DNA of 64,000 nt, taken from positions 56,459,860-56,523,859 of the forward strand of contig NC_068995.1 in the NCBI RefSeq assembly GCF_001194135.2, in the 5' to 3' direction. The position numbers were made by a program, and so were the translations under genes. Shown here piece by piece: positions 37,520 through 50,514 of this stretch (position 1 is its first letter; every line of letters begins with the position of its first letter). This DNA is from Octopus bimaculoides (taxonomy: Eukaryota). The notes below the pieces were generated by a model. The model worked only from the letters and a program-made list of their open reading frames with translations. It searched no databases and had not been told where the DNA came from.

Positions 37520-37812
37520 TGTAAGCCTAGTACTTACTCTATCAGTTTCTTTTGCCGAACCACTAAGTTACAGGAATGTCAAGTGATGTTGGGGGGACAA
37601 ACACAGACTCACAAACATATACACACACACATACATATATATACATATACAATGGGCTTCTTCCAGTTTCCGTCAACCAAATCCACTCACACGGCTTTGG
37701 TCGGCCCGAGGTTATAGTAGAAGGCACTTGCCCGAGGTGCCATGCAGTGGGACTGAACCCAGGACCATGTGGTTGGTAAGCAAGCTACTTACCACACAGC
37801 CACTCGTACGCC
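37520..37812 (-). mobile_element. SINE family A, CpG-intact copy
   Basis: Close family match retaining about 8 CpGs (e.g. acacggctttggtcggcccgagg). Confidence 0.9.
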
Positions 37813-38660
37813 TATAGTAATATCCATTATTCAGTCCGGAGCGAATCTAACTGCAGTGATTTTGTATGTGGAACAAAGAAAGACAAACCAAAGCCAACAG
37901 TGTGGAGTATACGGTTTTTAGTTTTATATTGGGAAGGTGAAATAGAGAGAGGGCGGTTGACATTTGGCACCATCGTCATTCGGCTGAAGGGAAGGAGTGA
38001 GAGAGAGAGGGAGAGAGAGAGAGAGAGAGATGGATGAAGTGGGTACATGCACGTAGGGATAGGAAAATAAATCTGGGTATGATTCTCTATGCATATTTCA
38101 ATATTGCCCTTATATATTAATTATAATATACGGGAAAATTATGTGAATTTGCTCTTTTGTGTAGTCTCTTCCAATACGTCCACCTGTTTCGTTATTAATG
38201 TCTAATACAAGACGGGATACATACCTTTCGGTGCGTATGCTGACTGATAATTATCTCTGAGAAATCATTGGAATGCGATTCTGTCTAACTTCGTCGCCCG
38301 CAAGTAACAACAGATCTGTTTTTTCATGAAATAAAACTATTCCAGATATAAGTCGTCATTCAAGTAACGTGAAGTACAATTACTGATTTGGTGTTTGCAC
38401 ACATAAAAAAAAAAAAAAAATTCTTTCTACCTGTTGGGAGGGTTATCGGGAATTTTGCGCGTAAAGGTTTTTGCTATAGGAATATTCACCGAAAGAAATT
38501 TCGTTTTAAATTGTCTCATCACGTCTTTTCAATGCTTGATTTGAATGAAGACTTGCCTATTCAATACTTTTCTTTTATCATTTTATATTTTTCTTGTTTC
38601 AGTTATTAGACTGCGGCTATGCTGGGGCACCGCTTTGCAGAATTTTTAGCCGAAGGAATA
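37810..38660 (-). promoter_or_regulatory. CpG-retaining patch, probable promoter and non-coding first exon
   Basis: Many CpGs against a depleted background; strong minus donor AAG|GTATGT at 38225/38224 with no open coding frame before it. Confidence 0.5.
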
Positions 38661-38672
38661 CAACCCCAGTAC

Positions 38673-39089
38673 NNNNNNNNNNNNNNNNNNNNNNNNNNNN
38701 NNNNNNNNNNNNNNNNNNNNNNNNNNNNNNNNNNNNNNNNNNNNNNNNNNNNNNNNNNNNNNNNNNNNNNNNNNNNNNNNNNNNNNNNNNNNNNNNNNNN
38801 NNNNNNNNNNNNNNNNNNNNNNNNNNNNNNNNNNNNNNNNNNNNNNNNNNNNNNNNNNNNNNNNNNNNNNNNNNNNNNNNNNNNNNNNNNNNNNNNNNNN
38901 NNNNNNNNNNNNNNNNNNNNNNNNNNNNNNNNNNNNNNNNNNNNNNNNNNNNNNNNNNNNNNNNNNNNNNNNNNNNNNNNNNNNNNNNNNNNNNNNNNNN
39001 NNNNNNNNNNNNNNNNNNNNNNNNNNNNNNNNNNNNNNNNNNNNNNNNNNNNNNNNNNNNNNNNNNNNNNNNNNNNNNNNNNNNNNNNN
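38673..39089. other. Assembly gap
   Basis: N-run. Other gaps: 841-899, 10848-11081, 18115-18341, 41026-41078, 48167-48868, 52069-52335, 59166-59212. Confidence 0.99.
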
Positions 39090-39834
39090 CCCCCCCCCCC
39101 CGAAAAAAACACAACTCAAAGAAAAGAATTACCCTCAAATCAACATAAGGGCTGGAAGCTTTGTAAAGTGATATATTTCAGCCTTGTAACAATATTGAAG
39201 TAATATGAGGAACCGTTGCCAAACTCTCACACATTTTTTATACTTTTCCAATGAACAGATTTTTTATGAACTGTTATAATGACAGACCAATTCAGAGCAG
39301 TTCTCTATTCTCTACTCCCACTACAACTCCAGCTCCCTGTCTTTTTTTTCCGTCTTTCTAAACAACATCCTTGGATAACACTGATATCTTTTAATCATAT
39401 TCAGTCTGACAGATCCTTTCCAGCATCCACATTTCTGCCAAGTTTATAGATCTTTACAAATCAAAAGTTACAAGAGTTCCAAGACAGAGTGTGTGTGTAT
39501 GTATATGTATCCAATGTATGTGTATATGTATGTGTGTGAGTGTATATACACACACATACATACATACATGCATACATATACATACACACACACATGAAAG
39601 AACGATAAAAATCTACAAATCAGCTTATGGTTAGAAAGCCCTTACAAACAATGACTTTATTACGAGAGGAGAACAGAGAAGAAGAGGATGTTTTATTATA
39701 ATAATTAAATAATTTTTCTTTTATTATTATTAGAAAAAGAAGGTACCCAAGCAATTCATATTTCAGCTCTAAGTGTAACCAGTCAGAGAGAAAACTGATA
39801 AAGAGAGGCTATATATGTCCCAAGTTAACTGAAC

Positions 39835-40005
39835 GTGTGTGTGTGTGTGTGTATGTTTCAGTTGGTCTACCAAATATACTCACAAGGCTTAGGACAACCC
39901 AAAGCTGTAGCAGAAGACACATGCCCAAAGTACCACACACTGAGACTGTAGCCAGAACCATGTATTGGAAAGCAAACTTTTTACAACACAGCCACACCTG
40001 CACCT
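39835..40005 (-). mobile_element. SINE family A head
   Basis: Reverse complement head ending acacagccacacctgcacc. Confidence 0.8.
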
Positions 40006-41160
40006 ACATTATCAAACAGATTGCATGACTTTCTGGTCCTGGGCAAATAGAAGAATTTTGTGAATATTAGGGACAGAATACAAAACCAATAATAAAAAAT
40101 TAAGAATAGAAAAAAAAAGGGAAGAAAATTATATTAGACACTACGAAACAGTAAAACTAATAATAGAAGGTGAAATGGATGGGAACAAATGAAGAGGAAT
40201 GGACCAAGAATTATGTGTGTGGATAATATCAAGAATTGGACAGACTTAAAAAAATGCAGAGAACAGAATGTATGAAGTGAACACAAGAAAAACCAAGAAA
40301 GACGACAATCCCATGGAAATCCATATTCTGAGGAGAGAAAATGGTATTTTATGAGGGTGGTGATGATGATGGTGGTGATGATGATGACAGTGGTGATGAT
40401 GATGACAATGATGATGATAATGCAGACAACAGCAACAATGATGACAATGATGATGTTGATGATGATGGTGGTGATGTCAAATAATAGCCTATAGCTGGTC
40501 AATACTTTCTTTGCTCAGTAAGAAAGAAGTGGAATGGCTCATCACCATAAACAGCAGCAGTAGCAGCAGCAGCAGTCGCAGAAATATAAGTGTATTATTA
40601 GCTTTGCTATATTAAGTATGTATTCTTCACTGGGTTTGAGCTTATGATAGATTAGACCCTACTTCCAAATCTACCACCACAGTTCCAGAATAAACTTCAA
40701 GAAGCACAAGAAGAAAAAACCCAAAAAAGAACCAAAACAAAAAAAACAAACAAACAAACATAAGGAAAACAATATAGAAAACATGACAGAATTATAGAAA
40801 TTTCAACAAGAGAAAAAAGAAAGAAAAAAAAACAGTCTGATTCATTTGCTATTGTAAGTTAACAAGTCTTTTCATTTGTTTGTTGTTGTAGTTGTTGTTG
40901 TTCTAGTAGCAGATTGAGAAGCCAGTGATGTGTAAAACAAGTGGTTTAGAGAAGCAAGTTGGTGTTGTTGTTGTTGTTGAGTTTTTATTTTATTTTAATA
41001 GAACAAAAATTATTTTAACAGCATGNNNNNNNNNNNNNNNNNNNNNNNNNNNNNNNNNNNNNNNNNNNNNNNNNNNNNACAGCATGACTCCAACTGAAAC
41101 AGAAAGAAAGTGCTCACTAATCAAGCAATGTTTTTATGTCAATGTAAACGTCTGCTTGGG

Positions 41161-41196
41161 TATATAAAGGTATGTGGGGGTAGGCGGGTGGGCGGG
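41161..41196 (+). promoter_or_regulatory. TATA-like box followed by GC boxes and a canonical G-quadruplex motif
   Basis: TATATAAA at 41161-41168; G5-TAGGC-G3-T-G3-C-G3 at 41176-41196. Confidence 0.4.
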
Positions 41197-41387
41197 AGTA
41201 ATTGTGAGGTAGGTAGGTAGGTAGGTGGGTGGGAAGAATGTAGAAACTGAAAGCAGGGGGAGGGGTGCAAGGGTTAGGTGAAGTTTACTCCTTCACCCTA
41301 TATCATACACTGATTTGGAGTTTGTTGGTTGGTTTCTGTCAGTATTATATATAGGGTCTTATTAAAAGAAGGAAGCTGCTGATGCTG

Positions 41388-41423
<36 letters not shown>

Positions 41424-41843
41424 AGCAGGGAGAGAAACTCTCAGAAAAAAGAAAGAGAGATAAAGGGTAGGGAAGAAGAAAACAAAAAAGAAGAAAACTA
41501 AATGAACATCAAGTTAAAGAATGTATGTTTGCATATATGCATGTATCTTTATTTGAGAGAGAGAGAGAGAGAGAGTAAGGGGAAAGAAAGAGAAAGAAAG
41601 AAAAAGAAATACTTCTGTAAAGAGAGAGAGAGAGAGAGAGAGGATGGGAGGAGGAAGGGAAAGAGAAACATAAAAGGCAGTTTCAAGTGTTTGTAATCTG
41701 CAACATTTCTGCCCATTTGTTTCTCTGCTTGTGAAGTCAGTAAGGCAGCCATGCCATATTATTAGTGTCAAAGTGAATTAATAGCGGCACAGTGGTTGAA
41801 CTGTATCACTTCTGACTTGAGACATTTCAAGGTTTCACATACA

Positions 41844-41852
41844 ATGGCTGAG
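41844..41852 (+). CDS. Candidate start-codon exon end, Met-Ala-Glu
   Basis: acaATGGCTGAG|GTAACT: A at -3, G at +4, immediate donor, inside a CpG-retaining patch (41780-42290). Confidence 0.35.
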
Positions 41853-42891
41853 GTAACTTGTCACACGGTACACCACCATTACCGCCGCCGCCACCAACAC
41901 CACCACCATCGCCACCACTGCTTACAGCTACATTCTCTCCCCCAACCCCCACCACTGCCATCACCTTCTGCTTTTCCGCACACAAGGAAAAAGAACCCTG
42001 TTATTTCATGCAGCCTAAACAACAGACAGCTACATCGAGTTTTACTTTTCAATAGAAACTGAAACTAATTTTCGGTTTTTCTTATTTCCATGAATTTGGA
42101 TTATTATTATACGGTTGCTTCTTTTGTTTTGCCGCTAATTTTTTAATCAATTATTTTAATTTTTCCCCAAGAATAATAACGTGAAAAATCATAGGTGTAT
42201 CAATGTAATCCAAGATGGCTCCCACAAAGAGAAATATAATTCATCACGGGTTTTTCTTTCTTTTTTTTTTTTTGGTACGGGTTTATTATACGTTTTTTTT
42301 TTTTAAGAATCCTCCCTGTTATTAACATTATCCTTGTAATTGTTATGGCAGTTTCCTTGATATCATTTCTTGCTGCAGCTTTACATGACGATGATGATGT
42401 TGATGAGGGTGATGAGTGAGGGAATGTTTTTCTATTGTAAGAGAATTATTCGAGACAATGATTTATGCCAAAGCAACATTGCAATCATGTGATTGATTTC
42501 TGGACTTTAAAATGAGTGGGTTATACAATTAAAACATGAAGCTTATTTGTGTTAGTTAACTTGTTGGGTTATAATCATCAAACTTAAAAAGGAACATTAT
42601 AAATATCACCATCACCCATCATCACATTCATACATCTTTGCCTTCATCAATAGGATTAGAATTTCTCATATTTCATTCTTATTTTTTTCTTTACCATTGA
42701 TAGATTTGAATTCTTGGTAGATCAATTATCTTTTTTTATAATTATTTTTACTATAAAATTAGACTTCCTTACTTTGCTGTAAATTTTTTTCTAAACAGTT
42801 GTCCTTTACAATTTGTAATTTATGAAAGTAGCCACATAAACAAAGTAAATTTGGTTACAGACTCATAGCCTGAAGATCTTGTGGTCCTTAT

Positions 42892-42946
<55 letters not shown>

Positions 42947-43108
42947 ATAAGTGCAGGCATGGCTCTGCTGTTGAGAAGCACACTTTATAACCATGTTGTT
43001 TTGGGCTCAGTCTGTCCATGTGACACCTGATGCAAGCATGTATTGAACTATAGTCTTGGGTTGAACAAAGTCAGCAAATGAAGTAGACAGAAATACTCAC
43101 TCTGTCTG

Positions 43109-43150
<42 letters not shown>

Positions 43151-43151
43151 A

Positions 43152-44380
43152 CTGGAAAAGTCCACTGGCTAACCAAGATACTCATGGTATGTGATCAAAT
43201 GAGGTTTATTTTTAACCGTACTACCCTCCCCCTCGTGGTCCACACACTTCTTCCATTGGTGTTGCAGTACTTGGATCCCATTGGTGAAGAAGCTTTCATC
43301 CTGTTGGTCAAAGAACTCATCAACAGCAGACATGACGTCATCATTGCTGCAATTCTGGTGGCTCCCAGCCAAATGTTTTCTCAAGCTGGGGAACAGATGA
43401 TAGTCAGGTGGGGCCAAATCAGGAGAATAAAAGCTACAGTAATGCAGAGAAACCATTGAAACCAAGGAGTTGTGTGCTGGAGTGTTGTCCTAATGAAACA
43501 AAACCCCTTTTGTCAGGTTTCCGGCTGTTTGGTCTTTTAACAGCCTCTTGTAACTGCCTCAGCAAGTTGGCATAGTACTCTCCACTGATGGTGTGGACCT
43601 TCTGAAGATAGTCAATGAACACAATGCTTTTTGAATCCCAAAAAACTGGGGCCACCACCTTTCCTGCAGACGAAACAACATTGGCCTTTGGAGCAGCTGA
43701 GGAGGGGGGGGGGTCCACTGCATGGATTGTCTCTTTGTCTCTGGCTCAGAGTGATAAAGCCAGCACTCATCCTGGTTTAGGAAATATTCAAGGAGACTGG
43801 CTGGATCTGCCTCTAACAATATCAGAATTTCTTGTGATGTGATGAGCCTGGTGCAATTTTGATCAGGTGTAAGAAGATGTAGCACCCACCAAGCAGAAAC
43901 CTTCTTCATGCCAAGTTCATTGTGCAGAATATTCTCAACTTTTTCACAGAATGCACTGATAACATTGGCAGTTAGATTTATAATCAGTTGTCTGTCATCT
44001 ATCGCCATGTGGTGAACACGATCTTTAGTGGTGGCAGTTGCAGGATGTCCAGATTTTGGGTCATCTTCAAGACTCTCCCTTCCCTTCCTAAATTCAGCTG
44101 CCCTCTTTTGCACTGTTGATAAATCTGGAGCATCATCGCCTAATGTAGCAACCATATCAGCATGAATGTCCTTGGGGCCTAAACCGAGATACTTGATAAC
44201 AACTGGATGCCAAATTTTGTCCATTTTCAAGGGAAGTCGCTACTAGTTACTTTGGAGGTCTCCTTTGAACAGCCAGATGCCAGCTTACCTGGAAAGAAAC
44301 AATGCAGTTAATAGTAATAAGAAGTAATGCATGCAAGATTTCACAGCTCTAGCATCACTCCTTCATTTTCAGCCGACCCT
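43152..44380 (-). mobile_element. mariner (D,D34D) transposon, near full length, inactivated
   Basis: Three consecutive minus ORFs: HTH region (IHADMVATLGDDAPDLSTVQK...ESLEDDPKSGHP), WVLHLLT, QDECW, SAGKVVAPVFWD, H*DNTPAH, YSPDLAPPDYHLF, WKKCV. Degenerate TIR-like ends near 43152 and 44365-44380. Confidence 0.93.
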
Positions 44381-44609
44381 TATTTGTTGACAAGAGGAGA
44401 ATTTTTTTTTTTTTTTTGTATAGTTATTTTCCTTCAGAGACCAGATGTACTTCAAGAATGTCTTAATGAATTTCCTTTGGGGTTTAGAAAGGACTACCTA
44501 GGCTGATAATATCAACCCTTAAAAATCTGTTTGGTTAGTCCAATATATAATCTTCACTCAGATTTGTTATCTAGGTGCACTTTAGCACACAGTACAGTAA
44601 TGATTTCAG

Positions 44610-44658
44610 CAGACATTTACCATCAAGTTGGAAATTATTGTAGTTGGCACAGTTACAG
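44610..44658 (+). CDS. Candidate exon QTFTIKLEIIVVGTVT
   Basis: tgatttcag| acceptor (NAGNAG), consensus donor CAG|GTAAGT; could equally be a non-coding exon. Confidence 0.28.
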
Positions 44659-45094
44659 GTAAGTGTACGTTCTGAATTAATTGCATTCAGAAGTTGTTTA
44701 ATGTTGCAATTTCTCATCTAAGTTTTACATCAACTGCAACAAACGTTATTAAAAAAATTCTGTTAAAGCTTTTGTAGAATCTGTGGTTCACTGAAAGTAA
44801 AAAGAGATTAAATTAAAGAAGCGTTAAGCATTTTTATTTTCACATTGACATTATATGCAGGTTTATACTATCTAATTTCTGATTACCTGTCGTTAGACTC
44901 TGCTATATTAGATAGATTCAGGCTGATATATTTTCTCTGAGAGTTCACCATTCTGGCAAACAGCATTGTAATGAGAGAACCTGACAAGTATGGCTTCATT
45001 TGCAGATAATGGTGTTCTATAATAACAAACGTTAGGATTTAAATTACTTGAAATACTTGGCGGGTATCTGGAACTTTTATTTATCATTTATTTT

Positions 45095-45305
45095 TTACTT
45101 ATTTCAGTCATTGGACTGTGGCCATGCTGGAGCACCACATTGAAAGCTTTAAGTTGAGAGATTCAACCCCACTATTATTATTTTTTAAAGCTTGGTACTT
45201 TTTCTACCAGTCTCATTTTGCTGAACCACCAAGTTGCAGGGGCATGAACAAACCAGCACTGGTTGCCAAGCAGTTGGGGGGGGGGGACAAACACAAAGAT
45301 ACACA
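45095..45305 (-). mobile_element. SINE family A 3' half
   Basis: tttcagtcattggactgtggccatgctggagcacc...gacaaacacaaagatac. Confidence 0.82.
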
Positions 45306-45444
45306 CACGTCTGTCTATATCTTGGCTTACTGTTCCCAACGCACCAATTATTACAGGCCCGACCTTTGCTGTTCACATGCTCTACAGATTCCTCCTATTC
45401 ATAATTATTATTATTATTATTATTATTTTCCTAACTCATCATGT

Positions 45445-45590
45445 TCTTAGCTCAAATCCCATTGATGTCAACTTTGCCTTTTGTTCTTTCGGAGTTGATA
45501 AAATAAGTACTGGATGAGCACTGGAATCAGTTTAAATGACAACCCCCACCACCATAATTTCAGGCCATGTGCCTATACTAGAAAGCATTT
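45445..45590 (+). mobile_element. SINE family B 3' part
   Basis: gtcaactttgccttttgttctttcggagttgataaaataagtactgg...caggccatgtgcctatactagaaag. Confidence 0.75.
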
Positions 45591-46055
45591 ATTTTGGTGC
45601 AGTCCCTAGTCTTAGCAGCTCCTGCCAAACCATCCGACCGATGCCATCCGACCGATGCCATCATCGAAGACAAACATTAAATAATGATGATGATGACGAT
45701 GATATTCTGTATTCGGTTATTCTTCAGATATGGCTAGTTCACTGATCTTTGTCCCATATTGCACATGCAGATAAGATGGTGGTCAACAAAGCAAGGAGAG
45801 GAGTGTGAATGAAACCTTCAACACTCATAAACAAACAATTAATGACTATAGCAGAGGATATTAAGAATTAGAATAATTGCTTAATGATTGCTGTCTCTGT
45901 CAAAACAACGACAGATAAACAAACAGAACAACATCTATTTCATTGTGAGATTTTAGATCAAAACATGTGACATAATATGTATGTATATATCCATATGTAT
46001 ATGTGTGTATGTAGTATATAAATATATCCATATATATATATATATACATATATTC

Positions 46056-46086
<31 letters not shown>

Positions 46087-46368
46087 TATTCATATATAAA
46101 TAAGTATACATCATCATCATCATCATCAGCGTTTAACGTCCGCTTTCCATGTATACATATATAACTATATATACACACACACATATACATATATACACAC
46201 ACACACACACATATACATATATACACACACACACACACATATACATATGTTCCACGGGCAGCCTTCAACTGTTCCTACCCAAAGGCTTTTTAACCCAGCA
46301 TTTACATATTTACATGTTATTATTTATAGCTTAATCTACTTGGAATTCCACCATATTAAAAACAAATT

Positions 46369-46404
<36 letters not shown>

Positions 46405-47248
46405 ATATAAGAAAACAGAGATGTCTAGCCATAAACCAACAATCTTTTCACTGTATTTGAGTTAGTTATTCATCTCTAGCAGAGACCAAACAAATAGCTG
46501 ACAAATGGTAAAAGAACAACACTTCCTCTTCGCTGCTTTTCACTCAGTCTTTTGTACTTTGCTGGTTATGCCAGACTGACAAATCACATCTGAAAAGTCC
46601 GGGCTGCCTTGCAGACATAATTAACACAAGAGGTGGAGTTAACGAAAAAGTAAAGAAGATCTGCTGTGAACAACATCAAAAGCTAAGTTGAATAAATGAC
46701 ATGTGTCAGAAACGTTATTTCATGTGACAGTGTGATATGAACAGTGAAGAAAGAGGTCCAAGCAATGTCTAGAATAAATTGGAGTGGACATAATTTGTTA
46801 GATGCCCAATATGAGTTTCAATGATGCAATAGGATCTAATGTAATATAACTCAATAGTTGAGTGATATAGCATAATGAGATATCTTCTAATATAAGATAA
46901 TGTGAGATTCTTTTAAAGACCGCCATATGGTGTTTAAGGCTGAATGTACGAGCAGTTCACCATAAAACTGCTGCTTCACATCCATTAAGCAGTTACAACA
47001 GAACAAGCCTTAAGAAAATTCTTAATCCCCTCAATATAAATTACTCTTTTTGCGAAAACATCCGTCAGCTATATAGATGTGTGTATGTCTATAATTTATA
47101 TTATATATATATATATATATTATATATAAAGAGAAAGAGAGAGGAGAGAGAGAGTGAGAGAAAGGCTGAGTGGCTAATAATAAAATAAAGAGACTGAATA
47201 ATCAGTAACACAAGCATATAAACAAGATTACATTGGGTGCACATTCTC

Positions 47249-47291
<43 letters not shown>

Positions 47292-47492
47292 ATATATGTA
47301 TCTTTACATAGATATGAATATATACACATATATATTATATAAATACACACATATACATATGTATGTGTGTGTGTGTACATGTACATAAATATGCACATAT
47401 GTGGATACATATATATACATATACGTGCAGGCATATATACATATGTACATATTTACACATGCACCTATGTATATATGCACCACCACCACTCC

Positions 47493-47539
<47 letters not shown>

Positions 47540-48124
47540 TAAATCCACATATACATATAGATACCAAAAATAACAACAACAACAAGCTTGATATAGCATC
47601 TAATGCTTGGTTGAAGAATTATCTAGTGATATATGACAAATCATTTGAAATTTTACTATCAGAAAGAAAAAAAAAATACAAAACGAAACAAAACGAAAAG
47701 ACAAACAAACAAAAATGGAAAAATAAACTTTTTTATGAAATTTTTAAAAAATGCTAACTCAAGCAAAATGTTAATGCCAGAATATCAAAGCTGCAATTTT
47801 TCCTCTCTGATATTCTGAATGGTAAATTATCCACTTTTTAAAATTCAGAAATCCTTCTTATCGTCTCTTCAGGAAAAATTTCCATACACCAGATAGAAAT
47901 AATGTCACATTCTTATGCAAGCTTCTCATTCTGATTGCTTTTTGATTACTTGTACATTTATAATGTATCTTATAACAGACGAAGCCAACAGCTTGGCAGC
48001 TGCAGACCTTCTTCTCTGGATCCTGTCCAGCTTCCTGGCAGAATGATGTCCATCAATTCAGTCAGATTCATTGAACATCCTCTGCAGAAGCCAGGGTTTA
48101 AAATAAAGGATGTGTTAATATATT

Positions 48125-48166
<42 letters not shown>

Positions 48167-48868
48167 NNNNNNNNNNNNNNNNNNNNNNNNNNNNNNNNNN
48201 NNNNNNNNNNNNNNNNNNNNNNNNNNNNNNNNNNNNNNNNNNNNNNNNNNNNNNNNNNNNNNNNNNNNNNNNNNNNNNNNNNNNNNNNNNNNNNNNNNNN
48301 NNNNNNNNNNNNNNNNNNNNNNNNNNNNNNNNNNNNNNNNNNNNNNNNNNNNNNNNNNNNNNNNNNNNNNNNNNNNNNNNNNNNNNNNNNNNNNNNNNNN
48401 NNNNNNNNNNNNNNNNNNNNNNNNNNNNNNNNNNNNNNNNNNNNNNNNNNNNNNNNNNNNNNNNNNNNNNNNNNNNNNNNNNNNNNNNNNNNNNNNNNNN
48501 NNNNNNNNNNNNNNNNNNNNNNNNNNNNNNNNNNNNNNNNNNNNNNNNNNNNNNNNNNNNNNNNNNNNNNNNNNNNNNNNNNNNNNNNNNNNNNNNNNNN
48601 NNNNNNNNNNNNNNNNNNNNNNNNNNNNNNNNNNNNNNNNNNNNNNNNNNNNNNNNNNNNNNNNNNNNNNNNNNNNNNNNNNNNNNNNNNNNNNNNNNNN
48701 NNNNNNNNNNNNNNNNNNNNNNNNNNNNNNNNNNNNNNNNNNNNNNNNNNNNNNNNNNNNNNNNNNNNNNNNNNNNNNNNNNNNNNNNNNNNNNNNNNNN
48801 NNNNNNNNNNNNNNNNNNNNNNNNNNNNNNNNNNNNNNNNNNNNNNNNNNNNNNNNNNNNNNNNNNNN

Positions 48869-48911
<43 letters not shown>

Positions 48912-48938
48912 AATATATATATATATATACATGTAAAC

Positions 48939-48969
<31 letters not shown>

Positions 48970-49797
48970 AATATATATTTATAAATAAATATATATATAT
49001 ATATTTACACACACACACACACACACATATATATATGTATACACACACATATACATTCATACATTATTATATATGTATTTGCACATGTGTGTGTGTGTGT
49101 GTGTCCGTCCGTTCAAATGGCTGCACATAATCAAATCACTCCGAAGTGAGCATGTGTGTTAAGGGCTAAACCTCACTGAAATGTCTTACTATTGGAGCAA
49201 AAGATGTCTTCAGTCTTCAATTTGAAAGTCCACCAAAACACAATCGAGATGAGAATATCTGGAATGCAGGTGTTAGACTCAAAAACGATACATTGGAATT
49301 TTTATCTGTTTTCTTTGATGCTGGGTCTGAATACGTCTGCTGCTGTGTGTCAAAGAAGTATTTCATCTAACAACAAGTGTGTGCATCCGTGTGTGTATGT
49401 GTATGTGTGACTGCTTATGTGCGTGTGTGTGTATATGCGTGCATGTGTATGTTCATGTGGTGGTATCAAGAGAATCTAATCCGAACAGAGGTTTCACATA
49501 ACTTGACTCAATCAAATCTACTGTAAGTGTGTGATGTGTGCAGTGAGCATATGCACATGTGTGTGTGTGTATGTGTGTGTGTGTGTGCCATAGGTCTACT
49601 TGTGAGTGTGTGTTTTAGAACTTTATGAGAAAACAATGGAGCAATAAAGTTATAACACAAAATACTTTCAGAAAAGTTTAAAATGACAAATCTATTATTT
49701 GCTGGGTTTGTAAAGAAAGAAAGAAATTTATGAAAGCATTTCAAGCAAGACAGATCTTGGCATTAAGTGAATCTGCATATTTCAGTGAAAAACATAC

Positions 49798-49918
49798 AGA
49801 TTCTGTAGTCAGATGACATATCCTTGCCAACATTTCTGTGTTGTAGCGCTCTTCCTTTGTCAGGACCCCTTACAAGTGTAATGCATAGCTTTGAACAAGT
49901 CTGTCGACAGACTGGCAA
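49798..49918 (-). CDS. Candidate exon LPVCRQTCSKLCITLVRGPDKGRALQHRNVGKDMSSDYRI
   Basis: gtacag| acceptor, TCT|GTATGT donor, phase 0 to 1, higher GC than flanks. Confidence 0.3.
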
Positions 49919-50376
49919 CTGTACTTTGAAATTGCCAGAGTGATTTATAAAAAGAGTGACATGAGTGTTTTATATACATACATACGGACACATATATATT
50001 TATATATACATTTCTATATATATATTTGTATGCACCTGTGTATGCATATGTATGTGTGTGTGCATGCACACACGTTTGTATATGCACATTTCTAAATATA
50101 TGGTAGTATATGTGATAAAAGCAAAAATAATTTTCTTAGCACTGCCAATCAACCAAGTTGGTTCCTTAGAGAGGTTATTCAATTTTACAGCATTTTAATA
50201 GTTTTCATCTTTGTCTCTCAGTGTCTTACACACACACGCACACACACACACGCACACACACACACGCACACACACACACACACACACACACTCTCTCTCT
50301 CAGAATTACTGGAATGACTTTTAGATATGTTTAACTTTCAACAATGGTTCCTTGCTTCTCTAGTAAAATTACATAC

Positions 50377-50514
50377 CATTGGGAACTGTTTCACATAAAC
50401 CTGCAGACATGTTGTGTTACTGAGTTGCTCTCTCACCAATGACTTAAACTTCATCAAAACAACCCTGAAACTGTTCAATGACTGGTTTTCTTTCTTGAAT
50501 TCAAATAAGGAATC
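50377..50514 (-). CDS. Candidate 138-nt exon DSLFEFKKENQ...VYVKQFPM
   Basis: ttttgtttag| acceptor, ATG|GTATGT donor, only phase-0 frame open. Confidence 0.33.

Noticed and set aside
38594-39203. Long ORFs containing X runs (also 10685-11131, 17960-18428, 47935-49060, 51961-52402)
   Set aside because: Open only because they span N-gaps.
45630-45662. 14-bp tandem duplication catccgaccgatgc (also the short duplications at ~59523-59585)
   Set aside because: Ordinary slippage duplications.
49899-49914. 16-bp perfect palindrome agtctgtcgacagact
   Set aside because: Isolated, inside a candidate exon, and no second copy seen to suggest a binding-site array.
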